This document shows positions 1-13,116 of a DNA stretch of 64,000 nucleotides, one piece after another; position 1 is the stretch's first letter, and each line of letters begins with the position of its first letter. Made by a program: the position numbers and the translations under genes. The stretch comes from an uncultured Gemmatimonadaceae bacterium (GTDB lineage: Bacteria > Gemmatimonadota > Gemmatimonadetes > Gemmatimonadales > Gemmatimonadaceae), in the NCBI GenBank assembly GCA_963781585.1, contig CAWAGQ010000011.1, forward strand, positions 1-64,000. The letters are read 5' to 3'. Under the pieces are notes generated by a model. That model did not search any database, was not told the DNA's origin, and saw only the letters and a program-made list of their open reading frames with translations.

Positions 1-66
1 GGGACTGCAGGAGTTGAAGCCCAGTACGGAGGAAGTGCCGCAGAAGAGGCCTAACGTTGCCATGTA

Positions 67-102
67 AGGCCAGAGGCCAAGAGGCCATGGGCCAAAGGCC
101 AT
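67..102. repeat. Degenerate heptamer tandem repeat (RGGCCAN)n
   Basis: AGGCCAG AGGCCAAG AGGCCAT GGGCCAA AGGCCAT; related arrays at 1913-1952 (inverted) and 31702-31750. Confidence 0.7.
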
Positions 103-157
103 AGGGACGGAGGCGAGCAACAACGGCTCGGCTGTTGGCGCCGCGGTCCGGGGGGCG

Positions 158-364
158 CTCGAGCGACTCGCGCGCGAGGCCGGCGCAACCGCGCGCGCGG
201 GGACACCCGCGGAAGCCGCGCGCGACGCGGACGCACTCCTGCTCGCCGTGCACTGGTCCCGCGTCGACGACGTGGTGAAGCAGGCTGGCGATCTCTCAGG
301 CCGGATCATCCTCACGTGTTCGCTGCCCATGAATGCGGACGACACCGCGCTCGTCGTCGGCCAC
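158..364 (+). pseudogene. Internal fragment of an NADPH-dependent F420 reductase / NADP oxidoreductase family gene
   Basis: Reads LERLAREAGATARAGTPAEAARDADALLLAVHWSRVDDVVKQAGDLSGRIILTCSLPMNADDTALVVGH; no N-terminal GxGxxG or start codon, and similarity is lost after ~364. Confidence 0.6.
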
Positions 365-446
365 GGCAAAGCAACCGCACGTCGCGTGCGCGACCTTCCT
401 GGGGGCGTGGTCTCGCCTGTCCCGGATGCGGCTTCGTGCGTTCCCA

Positions 447-1870
447 TCACCCTCGCCCGGAGTCTGCGCCGCCGGCGTCGGGGCGCCGCGCAACCGGGTC
501 CGTGGTTCGATCCACTGCCCGTGACAACCCCTCCGCCGCCACGTTCCGCACCCCCAACGACGTGGAGCCGAGGAACGATGGCCCCTCGCCCGTCGTGCCA
601 TCGCGCGGCCCCACCTTGCCGCCGCGCCGCAGCCACAGCTCGCGCGAATGCGTGAGGTCATCCAGAAACATCGCCTCCGCATCCGCGCCTAACGCGGCAT
701 CCTCGATCACCGCGTCCAGCTCGAAGTTGATCGTCATCCCCAGCGGGTTGAAGTCGGTCGACCCCACCCGCACCCAGCGGCCATCCACCACGCTGGTCTT
801 GGCGTGCATCATCTCCCCACGCCACTCCCAGATCCGCACGCCGTTCGCAGCAGCCGTGTGATACGAGCGCACCATGATGTTGCGCACCCAGAAGTGATCC
901 TACCGGCTCGGCACCAGCACCCGCACGTCCACGCCGTCGCGCGCCGCCCCCGCCAGCGCCTCGATCTCAGTACTCTGACGGCGCGAAGTAGGCGCTCGCG
1001 ATCCAGATCGACCGCTCGGCCGCCACCGCCTGCATCTGGAGCGCCCGCGACACCCGCAGCTTCCCCGGCTCGCCCTCGATGATCCCCACCAGCGACGGCG
1101 GATCGAACCGCGTGTTCAGGTACGAGGACTGCGGCGGCCGCACGAGCCGGCGATGGCCCCGCGGCGTCCGGCCCCACGCCCGCGCCCACATGTGCTCGAA
1201 CGCGTCGTGCATGTCCCGCACGGCGTCGCCCTCGATCAGCACACAGCGTGTCCCGCCACGGCGCGCGCCGTTTGCGCAGGATCGCCCTTCTTCCACTCCA
1301 CCCCGATCCCGATGCCGCCGGTCACGCCCCACTGCGCCCGTCCACTACCAGCATCTTCCGGTGATCGCGCGGCAGAAGGCCGAGCCAGCGCCGGAATCCG
1401 GGCGGGTTGAACATCCGGAACTCCACGCCCGCCTGCTGGATCCGGCGGAAGAACGAGCGCGGCGTGGCCAGCCGCCCGAACCAGTCGATCAGCATGCGCA
1501 CCCGCACGCCGCGCCGGGCCGCCTCGGTGAGCGCACTCCGCGAACGCTGGCCGACCTCGTCGTCGTGGTAGATGTAGCTGCTCGAAGTCCAGCGTGTCTG
1601 CGCCCCGTCGATGAGCGCCGAGCATCGCCTCGAACGTCGCCGTCCCGTTGCTCAGCAGCGTCACCCGGTTCCCGCCGAGACGTTCGCCGAGGCGATCCGC
1701 CACAGCGCCCGGGAGAACGAGGGCCGCGGCGTCTGCTGCTGAGCGGCGGCAAGCGGAGCGCCCGTGGCGGCGGGGCCGGTGCTGGCGCGGGCTGCTGCGG
1801 CGGCGGGATCGGTGCTGGCGCCTGCTGCGGCGGCGGGATCGGTGCTGGTGACGGCAGTGCGGTTGGACAC
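447..1870 (-). CDS. cls: Cardiolipin synthase-like phospholipase D family protein (ClsB-like), broken by several frameshifts
   Basis: Pieces in different frames: GNRVTLLSNG, RDHRKMLVVDG (HKD motif 1), IWIASAYFAP, MMHAKTSVVDG..VGS (HKD motif 2), NFELDAVIED; the N-terminus has STDPAAAA repeats. Confidence 0.8.
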
Positions 1871-1912
1871 GATGGAAGTCTAACTTGGGTGGACGCCGTG
1901 CTCTGGCGTCGC

Positions 1913-1952
1913 GGCCTCCTGGCCTCTCGCCTCTGGCCTCTGGCCTTTGGCC
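1913..1952. repeat. Degenerate heptamer tandem repeat (GGCCTCT)n between divergent cls and fabI
   Basis: GGCCTCCT GGCCTCT CGCCTCT GGCCTCT GGCCTTT GGCC; reverse complement of the 67-102 unit. Confidence 0.7.
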
Positions 1953-1975
1953 GCTTCACTCCGGACTTTTACTGC

Positions 1976-2882
1976 ATGCTCTCCATCGATCTCACCGGCA
2001 AACGCGCCCTCGTCGCCGGCGTCGCCGACGACGGCGGCTTCGGCTTCGCCATCGCCAAAGCGCTGGCCGAAGCCGGCGCCACCGTCTGCGTCGGCACCTG
2101 GCCGCCCGCCCTCAACATCTTCCTCAACCTCATCGAACGCGGCAAGCTGGACGAGTCGCGGCGGCTCTCCAGCGGCGACCTCCTCGCGTTCGAGCGGATC
2201 TACCCGCTCGACGCCGCCTTCGATACGTCTGGCCGACGCCCCCGACGACCTGCGCGCCAGCAAGCGGTACAGGGACGTCGGCGATTTCTCCATCGAGGGG
2301 CTCGCCGGCCGCCTAACGTCGGACTTCGGCACCCCGGCCCTCGACATCATCGTCCACTCGCTCGCCAACGCCCCCGAGGTGAAGAAACCGCTCCTCGAAA
2401 CCTCACGGGCGGGATACCTCGCCGCCGTGAGCGTGAGCGCATACTCCTTGACCGCCCTGCTGCAACGGCTGGGCCCGCTCATGCGCCCTGGCGGGTCTGT
2501 CGTCTCCCTCACCTACATGGCGAGCGAGCGCGCCATTCCCGGCTACGGCGGCGGGATGTCCTCCGCGAAAGCGGCGCTGGAGAGCGACACCCGGATGCTG
2601 GCCTTCGAAGCCGGACGCACCTGGGGAATCCGCGTGAACACGATCTCGGCCGGCCCGTATGCATCGCGCGCCGCCAGCGCCATCGGCATCATCGAGCGAA
2701 TGGTGGACTACTGCCGTGCGAACTCGCCCCTTCCGGAGGCGCTGACGACCGCCGAGGTGGGATATGCCGCGGCATTCCTCTGCAGCCCGCTGGGCTCGGG
2801 CATGACCGGCACAACACTCTACGTCGACAAGGGCTACCATGCGATGGGCATGGCGGTCGCCACGGGGACCTCCACCGCCTGA
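1976..2882 (+). CDS. fabI: Enoyl-ACP reductase, plant/chlamydial-type FabI; one frameshift near 2226
   Basis: [68 protein letters not shown]; halves lie in ORFs 1079..3010 and 1947..2882. Confidence 0.9.
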
Positions 2883-2916
2883 CGATTCGATCGGCGGGGT
2901 GGGGGTGTGGGGTCGG

Positions 2917-4077
2917 TCAGGGCTTCCGCTTCACCGTGTCCGGCACGAACCTGAACTCGTGCTGGACCACCTGCGCCACCGGATACCCCTGCTTGACGGC
3001 AGGGACGTAGGTCGCGTCGCGTAAGGCTGTCTGGACCGCGTCCGTGAACTCCGGATGCGTGGCGTAGACCACGCTGAAGGTGTCCATTCGGATCTGTCCG
3101 CTCACGTCGACCACGAACTCGGCCATCACGGCACCGCCAACCCCGGCGTCGTAGAGCGCGTCCGGATACTCGGGATGGATCACGCTGAGAGGGTCCTCGT
3201 GAGCGGGAGCGTCCACCTCGCTGGCGATGAAGACCCTCTTGGCATCGACGAGTCTGGCCACCTCAGCCGCGGCCGCCCCGGGATTCCGCTTCTTCAGCCG
3301 CGGGGGCGCTTCCCGGGACCAGATGACGATCACTCCGCACGACAGGATGCCGTTCGTGCTCATGAACTGCGCCGGCACGGTCGCCGGGCCCGAATAGACT
3401 TCCATGGCCTCGATGGAGCGCGGGCTCAGGTTATCGAGTTCGAACTCGCCTGCATTGAGCGGCGAGCCATCGAGCCAGGTGAGCGGCGCGCAGTTCGATC
3501 GGGCGTTTCGGAAGCGGATGACGTGCGACAGTCCTCCCATACCGAGACTCACCACCCGCGCTCCCGGAATCAAACGGAACATGTCGGTGAGAAAGGACGG
3601 GTTCCGCCTCTCGATATCGTCGCGCGTTATGAAATGTCCGTTGCCGTGTTCCTTCCGCTGATAGAAGCCGGCTCGCCAGCCCGTCAGCGCGGAGTGCCCG
3701 TAGACCATCACGGGCTGGAGCCTCAGCGCGAGGCGGTTCACCCGGACCTCGAGCGGGATTGTCTTGCCTGCCAGCACCATCAGATCGATGGTGTCGGGCT
3801 GGTATCCCAGGCGCCGGAAGCGAAGCGACATGGGCCCCGCGGGGATGCGCGCCAACAGGAATTCGCCGTGTTCATCGGTCTGGGCCCGAAGCGCGCTGCC
3901 GGGCAGGGTGATCTCCACACCAACGATGCCCTGGCCGGCCGAATCGTGCACCACGCCCCTGATACCGCCGGTTCCTACGGAGCCCTCCTGAGCGAGCCCG
4001 GCGCCGCCCGTCAGACACAGCGCCAAACCACTCCACGCCAGCGCGGCGCGAGCTCCACGGGTTCCTGTCTTGGTCAC
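2917..4077 (-). CDS. Exported carboxypeptidase-regulatory-like + TonB-dependent plug + TonB C-terminal domain protein
   Basis: Signal peptide; GIRGVVHDSAG..TDEHGEF..RRLGY; GHFITRDDIERRNP..IEAMEVYSG (plug-like); PEYPDALYDAGVGGAVMAEFVVD..VQHEFRF (TonB_C-like). Confidence 0.75.
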   Translation of the reverse strand: MTKTGTRGARAALAWSGLALCLTGGAGLAQEGSVGTGGIRGVVHDSAGQGIVGVEITLPGSALRAQTDEHGEFLLARIPAGPMSLRFRRLGYQPDTIDLMVLAGKTIPLEVRVNRLALRLQPVMVYGHSALTGWRAGFYQRKEHGNGHFITRDDIERRNPSFLTDMFRLIPGARVVSLGMGGLSHVIRFRNARSNCAPLTWLDGSPLNAGEFELDNLSPRSIEAMEVYSGPATVPAQFMSTNGILSCGVIVIWSREAPPRLKKRNPGAAAAEVARLVDAKRVFIASEVDAPAHEDPLSVIHPEYPDALYDAGVGGAVMAEFVVDVSGQIRMDTFSVVYATHPEFTDAVQTALRDATYVPAVKQGYPVAQVVQHEFRFVPDTVKRKP

Positions 4078-4521
4078 GGCTGCCTCCCGGCCAGCGCCCG
4101 CCTGTCCGCGGCGAGTCGATGGGAATCGCTGATGACGCTCTGTTCCAGCAGATACCTGCCCGTCCGTGGCAGTAGTCTGGGGGTACGGGGGGCTGGCCTA
4201 CCCCAACATTACGGTTAAAGGGGCCCCACGCGAAAGGGTCATGGTCGCCCTGACCGGGTTGCCTTCGGGGACGATGCGGGGCATTCAGCGCACCCCCAAG
4301 CTCGCCGGGACGGTTCGTTCGACTGCCGGGGCGCGTCGATGCTGCCGAGGGGTGGCGACTGCGCCAGGCGTGACTGGACGCCTCGCGCGACCCCGCCCAT
4401 TGTTCCGCCCAGGGGCGCCGCCGGGCACGATCGCCGAATCGGACGCATGGCGCAGGGGCGGGAGGGCCGGGACGCCGACACAGGTCAATCACCAAGTGCC
4501 ACGAGGGCCGCGGGGGCCGCG

Positions 4522-6954
4522 ATGAACACGTTTCTTGGCCGGATTCTCCTTTCCGTCGTGGCGATTCCGCTCGTTCCGACCGCCGCCACCCAGTCCGCCG
4601 CCCTGCGCGGTTTCACCGCCCAGTCGACCGCGGCCGAGCGCGACTGGGAGGGGAAGTTCCGCGCCATCCCTGACACCGCGCGCCTCCGGGCCGCTCTCCA
4701 GAAGCTCTCCTCGCACCCGCACCACCTGGGCTCGCCTAACGACAAGGCCAACGCCGAGTGGCTGCGCGACCAGTTCACGTCGTTTGGCTGGGACGCCCGC
4801 ATCGACGAGTACCGGGTGCTCTTCCCCACGCCGAAGGAGCGCGTTCTCGAGCTGGTCGCGCCCACGAAATTCGTCGCCCGCCTGGAGGAGCCGACGCTGA
4901 AGGAGGATCCGACCAGCGGTCAGAAGGCGGAGCAGCTTCCCACCTACAATGCCTACTCGGCGGACGGAGACGTCACGGCGCCGCTCGTGTACGTGAATTA
5001 TGGCGTACCCGCGGACTACGACGAGCTGGATCGCCTCGGCATCACGGTGCGTGGTGCGATCGTGATCGCGCGCTACGGCGGTTCGTGGCGCGGCATCAAG
5101 CCCAAGGTGGCGGCCGAACACGGCGCGGTGGGGTGCATCATCTACTCCGACCCGCGCGACGACGGATACTTCCAGGGAGAGACGTATCCGGCCGGACCAT
5201 GGCGGCCGAAGGACGGCGTGCAGCGCGGGAGCGTGCTCGACATGCCGGTGGCGCCGGGCGATCCCCTCACCGTGGGTGTGGGCGCCACGGCCGACGCGCC
5301 GCGGGTCGATCGCAGGGATGCGCCCACCATCATGAAGATCCCCGTCCTGCCGATCTCGTATGGTGACGCCCAGCCGCTGCTGGCCGCGATCGGCGGGCAG
5401 GTTGCCCCGGATTCATGGCGCGGGGCGCTGCCCATTACCTATCACCTGGGCCCGGGGCCGGCACGCGTGCACCTGAAGCTGGCCTTCAACTGGGACCTCG
5501 TGCCCCTGTACGACGTGATCGCGACGCTCCCGGGCAGCGACTTTCCCGACGAGTGGGTGATCCGCGGCAACCACCACGACGGCTGGGTGAATGGGGCGCA
5601 GGACCCGCTCTCGGGACTGACGGCCGAGCTCGAGGAAGCACGCGCATTCGGCGAGCTGGTGAAGCAGGGCTGGCATCCCCGCCGGACGATCGTCTACGCC
5701 GCGTGGGACGGCGAGGAGCCGGCGCTGCTGGGATCCACCGAATGGGTGGAGGCGCACGCCGAGGAGCTGAGCCAGAAGGCGGTGATGTACCTCAACAGCG
5801 ACACGAACGATCGAGGCTATCTGGGGGTTGGAGGATCGCACTCGCTCGAGCGGCTGGTGAACCAGGTGGCGCGGGACATCGTCGACCCGGAGACGAAGGC
5901 GTCGGTGTGGCGGCGGATGCAGGCGGCCCGGATCCGGACCGGCGATGCCGCGCAGCGCCGGGAGGTGCGGGACGGGGGCGATCTCTCCATCTCGGCGTTA
6001 GGGTCGGGGTCGGATTACACGCCGTTCCTGCAGCACCTGGGCATCGCCACGCTGAACATCGGATACGGCGGCGAGGACGGCGGCGGCATCTATCATTCGA
6101 TCTACGATTCGTTCAACTGGTACACCCGGTTCGGGGACACGGCGTTCGTCTACGGGCGGGCGCTGTCGCAGACCGCCGGGACGTTCGTGATGCGGATGGC
6201 CGACGCCGATCTGCTGCCGCACGACTTCAATTCGCTGGCCGGGACGGTGCACGACTACCTGGGGCAGCTGAAGGCGCTGCGCGACGACATGGCGGCGCGG
6301 GCGGCGGAGACGAACCGGGAGCTGGACAACGGCGTGTTCGCCGCAACCGCCGATCCGCGGTTCCCGGAGAAGCCGCCGGCGCACGAGGCCGTGCCGCCGT
6401 TCCTGAACTTCGCACCGATGGACAACGCGGTGGACTCCCTCACCCGCGCCGCCTCCCGGTTCGAACGGGCCTACACCGCCGCGTTAGGCAGCGGGCACCT
6501 GGACCGGCCGGGAGAGGCGGCGATCAATGCGCTGTTGCGTTCCACCGAGCGCACACTGACCTCGCCGCAGGGGCTTCCGTTGCGGCCGTGGTACGAGCAT
6601 CTCCTCTACGCGCCGGGCTACTACACCGGCTACGGCGTCAAGACGGTGCCGTCGGTTCGCGAGGCGATCGAGCAGAAGGAGTGGCCGGCTGCCGATCGCG
6701 AGATCGTCCGGGTCGCGGACGCGCTGAACCGGGCCGCGGAGCAGATCGCGCGAACGGCGGACCGGCTGGACGCCCTGGCGGAGTCTGGAGGTCATGGACT
6801 CGTCATGAGCTATCAGATGAGCCAACGGGTATCGGCCATGGACTCCCTAGAGAGAAGTAATGCGCTCGCTCCGCAGGTGCCGGCCCGCCCTTGGCGCCGG
6901 CGTGGTCGCGCTCGCGGTCGCGAGGTGTGGACCGTCACCCGCACCGGCCGGTGA
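4522..6954 (+). CDS. M28 family glutamate carboxypeptidase II-like peptidase (PA and transferrin-receptor-like dimer domains)
   Basis: Signal peptide, VYVNYG..IVIARYG (PA), GNHHDGW, WDGEE, GSGSDY, YHSIYD, HLLYAPGYYTGY; the ORF end overlaps the next gene by 95 bp, so the true end is uncertain. Confidence 0.9.
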   Translation: MNTFLGRILLSVVAIPLVPTAATQSAALRGFTAQSTAAERDWEGKFRAIPDTARLRAALQKLSSHPHHLGSPNDKANAEWLRDQFTSFGWDARIDEYRVLFPTPKERVLELVAPTKFVARLEEPTLKEDPTSGQKAEQLPTYNAYSADGDVTAPLVYVNYGVPADYDELDRLGITVRGAIVIARYGGSWRGIKPKVAAEHGAVGCIIYSDPRDDGYFQGETYPAGPWRPKDGVQRGSVLDMPVAPGDPLTVGVGATADAPRVDRRDAPTIMKIPVLPISYGDAQPLLAAIGGQVAPDSWRGALPITYHLGPGPARVHLKLAFNWDLVPLYDVIATLPGSDFPDEWVIRGNHHDGWVNGAQDPLSGLTAELEEARAFGELVKQGWHPRRTIVYAAWDGEEPALLGSTEWVEAHAEELSQKAVMYLNSDTNDRGYLGVGGSHSLERLVNQVARDIVDPETKASVWRRMQAARIRTGDAAQRREVRDGGDLSISALGSGSDYTPFLQHLGIATLNIGYGGEDGGGIYHSIYDSFNWYTRFGDTAFVYGRALSQTAGTFVMRMADADLLPHDFNSLAGTVHDYLGQLKALRDDMAARAAETNRELDNGVFAATADPRFPEKPPAHEAVPPFLNFAPMDNAVDSLTRAASRFERAYTAALGSGHLDRPGEAAINALLRSTERTLTSPQGLPLRPWYEHLLYAPGYYTGYGVKTVPSVREAIEQKEWPAADREIVRVADALNRAAEQIARTADRLDALAESGGHGLVMSYQMSQRVSAMDSLERSNALAPQVPARPWRRRGRARGREVWTVTRTGR

Positions 6955-8608
6955 CGGCTACGACCTCGTGATCACCAATGGCCGCATCGTCGACGGGACC
7001 GGGAACCCGTACTTCTATGGAGACGTGGGCGTGCGCGGCGACCACATCGTCGCGGTGACGGCGCGGGGAGCACTGGCGAGCACGAATGCAAAGGAACGGG
7101 TTGATGCCGCGGGTCTCGTGGTCGCACCCGGGTTCATCGACATCCAGGCGCAATCCTATCCGGAACTGCTGTTCGCCGACGGGCGGGAGATCAGCAAGGT
7201 CTCGCAAGGCGTGACCTCCGAGATCCTGGGCGAGGGAAACACGCCGGCGCCATCCAACGCCGGACTCGATTCGGTCTATATGAACGGCGATCAGGACGAT
7301 GCCCTGATGCTGCCGCACATGACGGCCTTCCGTGGCGAGCACGGTTTCGGCACCTGGCTGGACTCCATGGAGCGACACGGCAACTCGGTGAACGTGGGGA
7401 GCTACCTCGGCGCCGCCACGGTCCGGGCTTACGCCATGGGCCGCCGCGAAGGGCAGCCCGACGCGGCGCAGCTCGACACGATGCGCGCGGTGGTGAAGAA
7501 CGCCATGCGCGACGGCGCGTTCGGCGTCGCGAGCGCGCTCATCTACCCGCCGGGGAGCTACGCCGGCACGGCGGAGCTGACCGAGATGGCGAAGGCGATG
7601 GCTCCGCTGCATGGGTCGTACATCACCCACATCCGCTCGGAGGAAAGCGCGCTCCTCCCGGCGATGGATGAGGCGCTCCGGATCGGACGCGATGGAGGCG
7701 TCCCCGTCACCATCTACCACTTCAAGGCCTCCGGGCGCGTGAACTGGCCGCTGGCCGGGCCCGCCATCGCGAAAGTCGATTCGGCCCGGCGCGCCGGTCA
7801 GGATGTAACAGCCACGATGTACTCGTACCCGGCGTCGTCGAACAATCTGGCATCCTGCATCCCCGACTGGGTGCACGCCGATGGCAAGCTGCTGGAACGG
7901 CTCCAGGACCCGACCCTGCGCGCGCGCATCCGCCACGACATGACCGACCTGTCGCCTGACGCGGTCATCTGGTGCCAGCAGAATCCGCCCGATGCCTACA
8001 TGATCTTCGGCTTCAAGCGCGACGACTGGAAGCGCTTCCAGGGGAAACGGCTCAACGAGATCGCGGCCGCGCTGAAGGAGGACTGGGTCGACGCCATCAT
8101 CGACCTGACGGTGGGCGAGAAGAACGGGCTGAACAAGATCACGTTTGCCATGTCGGACGCGAACGTGGCGCGGATGCTGGCCCAGCCATGGGTGGTGATC
8201 GGCAGCGACGCCGGCGCATACGATCCCGACACCACCACCCAGATCACGCACCCGCGCGCCTACGGCACGTTCGCCCGCATCCTCGGCAAGTACGTGCGGC
8301 AGGACTCGGTGCTGCGGCTGGAGGACGCGATCCGCAAGATGACGTCGGCCACCGCGCAGATTCTGGGGCTGCGCGACCGTGGATTGATCCGGGAAGGGAT
8401 GTTCGCCGACATCGTGGTGTTCGACCCGGCGACGATCATCGACCGGGCGACGTTCGAGAAGCCGCACCAGCTGTCGCTGGGTGTGCGCGATGTGTACGTG
8501 AACGGCGTGGCGGTGTGGCGCGATGGCCGACACACCGGCGCCACGCCGGGACGCGCGCTGCGTGGCGGCGGTTGGACCGGATCGTCGGCGGGTCGGCGCG
8601 CGCCGTGA
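6860..8608 (+). CDS. N-acyl-D-amino-acid deacylase (D-aminoacylase), amidohydrolase superfamily
   Basis: YDLVITNGRIVDGTG, VVAPGFID, YITHIRSE, IYHFKASG, IGSDAG, HPRAYGTF, ADIVVFDP. Confidence 0.88.
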   Translation: MRSLRRCRPALGAGVVALAVARCGPSPAPAGDGYDLVITNGRIVDGTGNPYFYGDVGVRGDHIVAVTARGALASTNAKERVDAAGLVVAPGFIDIQAQSYPELLFADGREISKVSQGVTSEILGEGNTPAPSNAGLDSVYMNGDQDDALMLPHMTAFRGEHGFGTWLDSMERHGNSVNVGSYLGAATVRAYAMGRREGQPDAAQLDTMRAVVKNAMRDGAFGVASALIYPPGSYAGTAELTEMAKAMAPLHGSYITHIRSEESALLPAMDEALRIGRDGGVPVTIYHFKASGRVNWPLAGPAIAKVDSARRAGQDVTATMYSYPASSNNLASCIPDWVHADGKLLERLQDPTLRARIRHDMTDLSPDAVIWCQQNPPDAYMIFGFKRDDWKRFQGKRLNEIAAALKEDWVDAIIDLTVGEKNGLNKITFAMSDANVARMLAQPWVVIGSDAGAYDPDTTTQITHPRAYGTFARILGKYVRQDSVLRLEDAIRKMTSATAQILGLRDRGLIREGMFADIVVFDPATIIDRATFEKPHQLSLGVRDVYVNGVAVWRDGRHTGATPGRALRGGGWTGSSAGRRAP

Positions 8609-10059
8609 AGCGGATCGCGTCAGGCATTCTGGCGCTGTTGCTGGTGGTCGTGGCCATCTGCGGGGTGCGGATGGCGCGGCTGACCGCGTACGCCGTCGCC
8701 GCGCCCGCGGCCGATCCGGCGCTTGCCGGTACGTCGGCAGGCACGGACCATCTTGCCGGCGCGATTCGCTTTGCCACTGTTTCCACCCAGGATTCCGCCG
8801 GTTTCGACCCCCGGCCGTTCCTCGCGCTCCACGACTATCTCCGCACCGCGTTTCCACGGGTGCACGCCACGCTCACGCGCGAGGTGGTGAACGGCTACAG
8901 CCTGCTCTATACCTGGACGGGGAGTGACTCCTCGCTCGACCCGGTGCTGTTGATGGCCCACCTCGACGTGGTGCCGGTGGAGGACGGGACCGAATCGCTG
9001 TGGAAGCACCCGCCGTTCGGCGGCGAAGTGGCGGACGGTTTCGTCTGGGGCCGCGGGGCGATGGACGACAAGGGATCGGCGATCGCGATTCTCGAAGCCG
9101 TCGAGTCGCTGCTGGCGCGCGGCTTTCAGCCACGGCGCACGATCTACCTCGCCTTCGGCCACGATGAAGAGGTGGGCGGTGCGAACGGCGCCGCGCACCT
9201 GGCGCGGGTTCTGGAACAGCGAACGAGGCATCTGGCGTTTCTGCTGGACGAGGGCGGCGTGGTGAGCGACGGCGTCATCCCCGGAGTTTCACGCCAGGTG
9301 GCCCTGGTAGGGGTGGTCGAGAAGGCGAGCTTCAACGTGGAGCTCACCGTGCAGGCCGCGGGCGGGCATTCCTCCATTCCACCGCGGCACACCGCGGTGG
9401 GGACATTGAGCCACGCCATCGCCCGCCTCGAGGACCAGCAGATGCCGGCGCACCTAACGCCGGTGACCGAGCGGATGATGACGCTCCTGGCGCCGTACAT
9501 GGCCCCGGCGCGGCGGTTCTTCCTGGCCAATCTCTGGCTGTTTCGCCCCGTCATCGTGGCCGGCATGGTGGCTGATGAACGCTCGGCGGCGGTGGTCCGG
9601 ACCACGACCGCAGCGACCATGGTGAGCGGCAGCCCCAAGTCCAACGTCCTCCCCATCCGCGCCCGTGCCGTCGTTAATTTTCGCGTCCTCCCCGGCGAGA
9701 CAGGTGCTGACGTCCTGGCGCACGTTCGGCGCGTGGTGGACGACACCTCCGTCCGGATCGCCGCCGCCGGATCGGGAACCCCCTCACCCGTGGCGGATTA
9801 CCATTCGCCGGAATACGCGTTGATCGAGAAGACCATCGTCCAACTCTTCCCCAAAGCGGTTCCGGTACCATTCTTGATGGTTGGTGGCACGGACACCCGC
9901 CACTACGAGTCCCTGACCCGTAACGTCTTTCGTTTCAACCCCTTCGTGGCGACCCCGGATCTGATCGGGGGCGCGCACGGGACCAACGAACGGCTGCGAG
10001 CGGAAGACTTTGCCCGGGGGGCGCGCTTCTTCGCGCAACTCATCGAGAACGCGCAGTAA
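8605..10059 (+). CDS. M20/M25/M40 metallopeptidase (PM20D1/carboxypeptidase S-like)
   Basis: GTG overlaps the upstream TGA; LMAHLDVVP, WGRGAMDDKG, GHDEE, GGHSS, GGTD, HGTNE. Confidence 0.9.
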   Translation: MKRIASGILALLLVVVAICGVRMARLTAYAVAAPAADPALAGTSAGTDHLAGAIRFATVSTQDSAGFDPRPFLALHDYLRTAFPRVHATLTREVVNGYSLLYTWTGSDSSLDPVLLMAHLDVVPVEDGTESLWKHPPFGGEVADGFVWGRGAMDDKGSAIAILEAVESLLARGFQPRRTIYLAFGHDEEVGGANGAAHLARVLEQRTRHLAFLLDEGGVVSDGVIPGVSRQVALVGVVEKASFNVELTVQAAGGHSSIPPRHTAVGTLSHAIARLEDQQMPAHLTPVTERMMTLLAPYMAPARRFFLANLWLFRPVIVAGMVADERSAAVVRTTTAATMVSGSPKSNVLPIRARAVVNFRVLPGETGADVLAHVRRVVDDTSVRIAAAGSGTPSPVADYHSPEYALIEKTIVQLFPKAVPVPFLMVGGTDTRHYESLTRNVFRFNPFVATPDLIGGAHGTNERLRAEDFARGARFFAQLIENAQ

Positions 10060-10072
10060 CGCCGTAGTAGTC

Positions 10073-10100
10073 GGGGGGAGGGGGGAGGGGGGAGGAGGGA
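10073..10100. repeat. (GGGGGGA)n heptamer tandem repeat, G-quadruplex-capable
   Basis: GGGGGGA x3 then GGAGGGA, in the intergenic space before the kinase. Confidence 0.65.
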
Positions 10101-10163
10101 GGCGAAGAGGGGGATTGTCGAATTCCAGCCGGGGAGTGATCGCTTGCCGGAGACACGCCAGCC

Positions 10164-12968
<2,805 letters not shown>

Positions 12969-13116
12969 TCGAGACGTCCCGCTAATTGGGGTCAGAGTCG
13001 AATTTCGGAGGTTTTTCCGATCTTCCTATCTCTGGCCAGGTCCCCCACTTCGGATCGTGGCGAGGGCCGCCAGGCGGCGTCGTTCCGCCCACCAGGCGGC
13101 GTCATTCGCCCACCCG

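Noticed and set aside
2..67. Possible 3' end of a + strand gene (GLQELKPSTEEVPQKRPNVAM*)
   Set aside because: Too short to assign frame or product.
1776..1850. ~30-bp tandem repeat resembling a mini-CRISPR
   Set aside because: No unique spacers; it encodes STDPAAAA repeats in the cls N-terminus; no cas genes.
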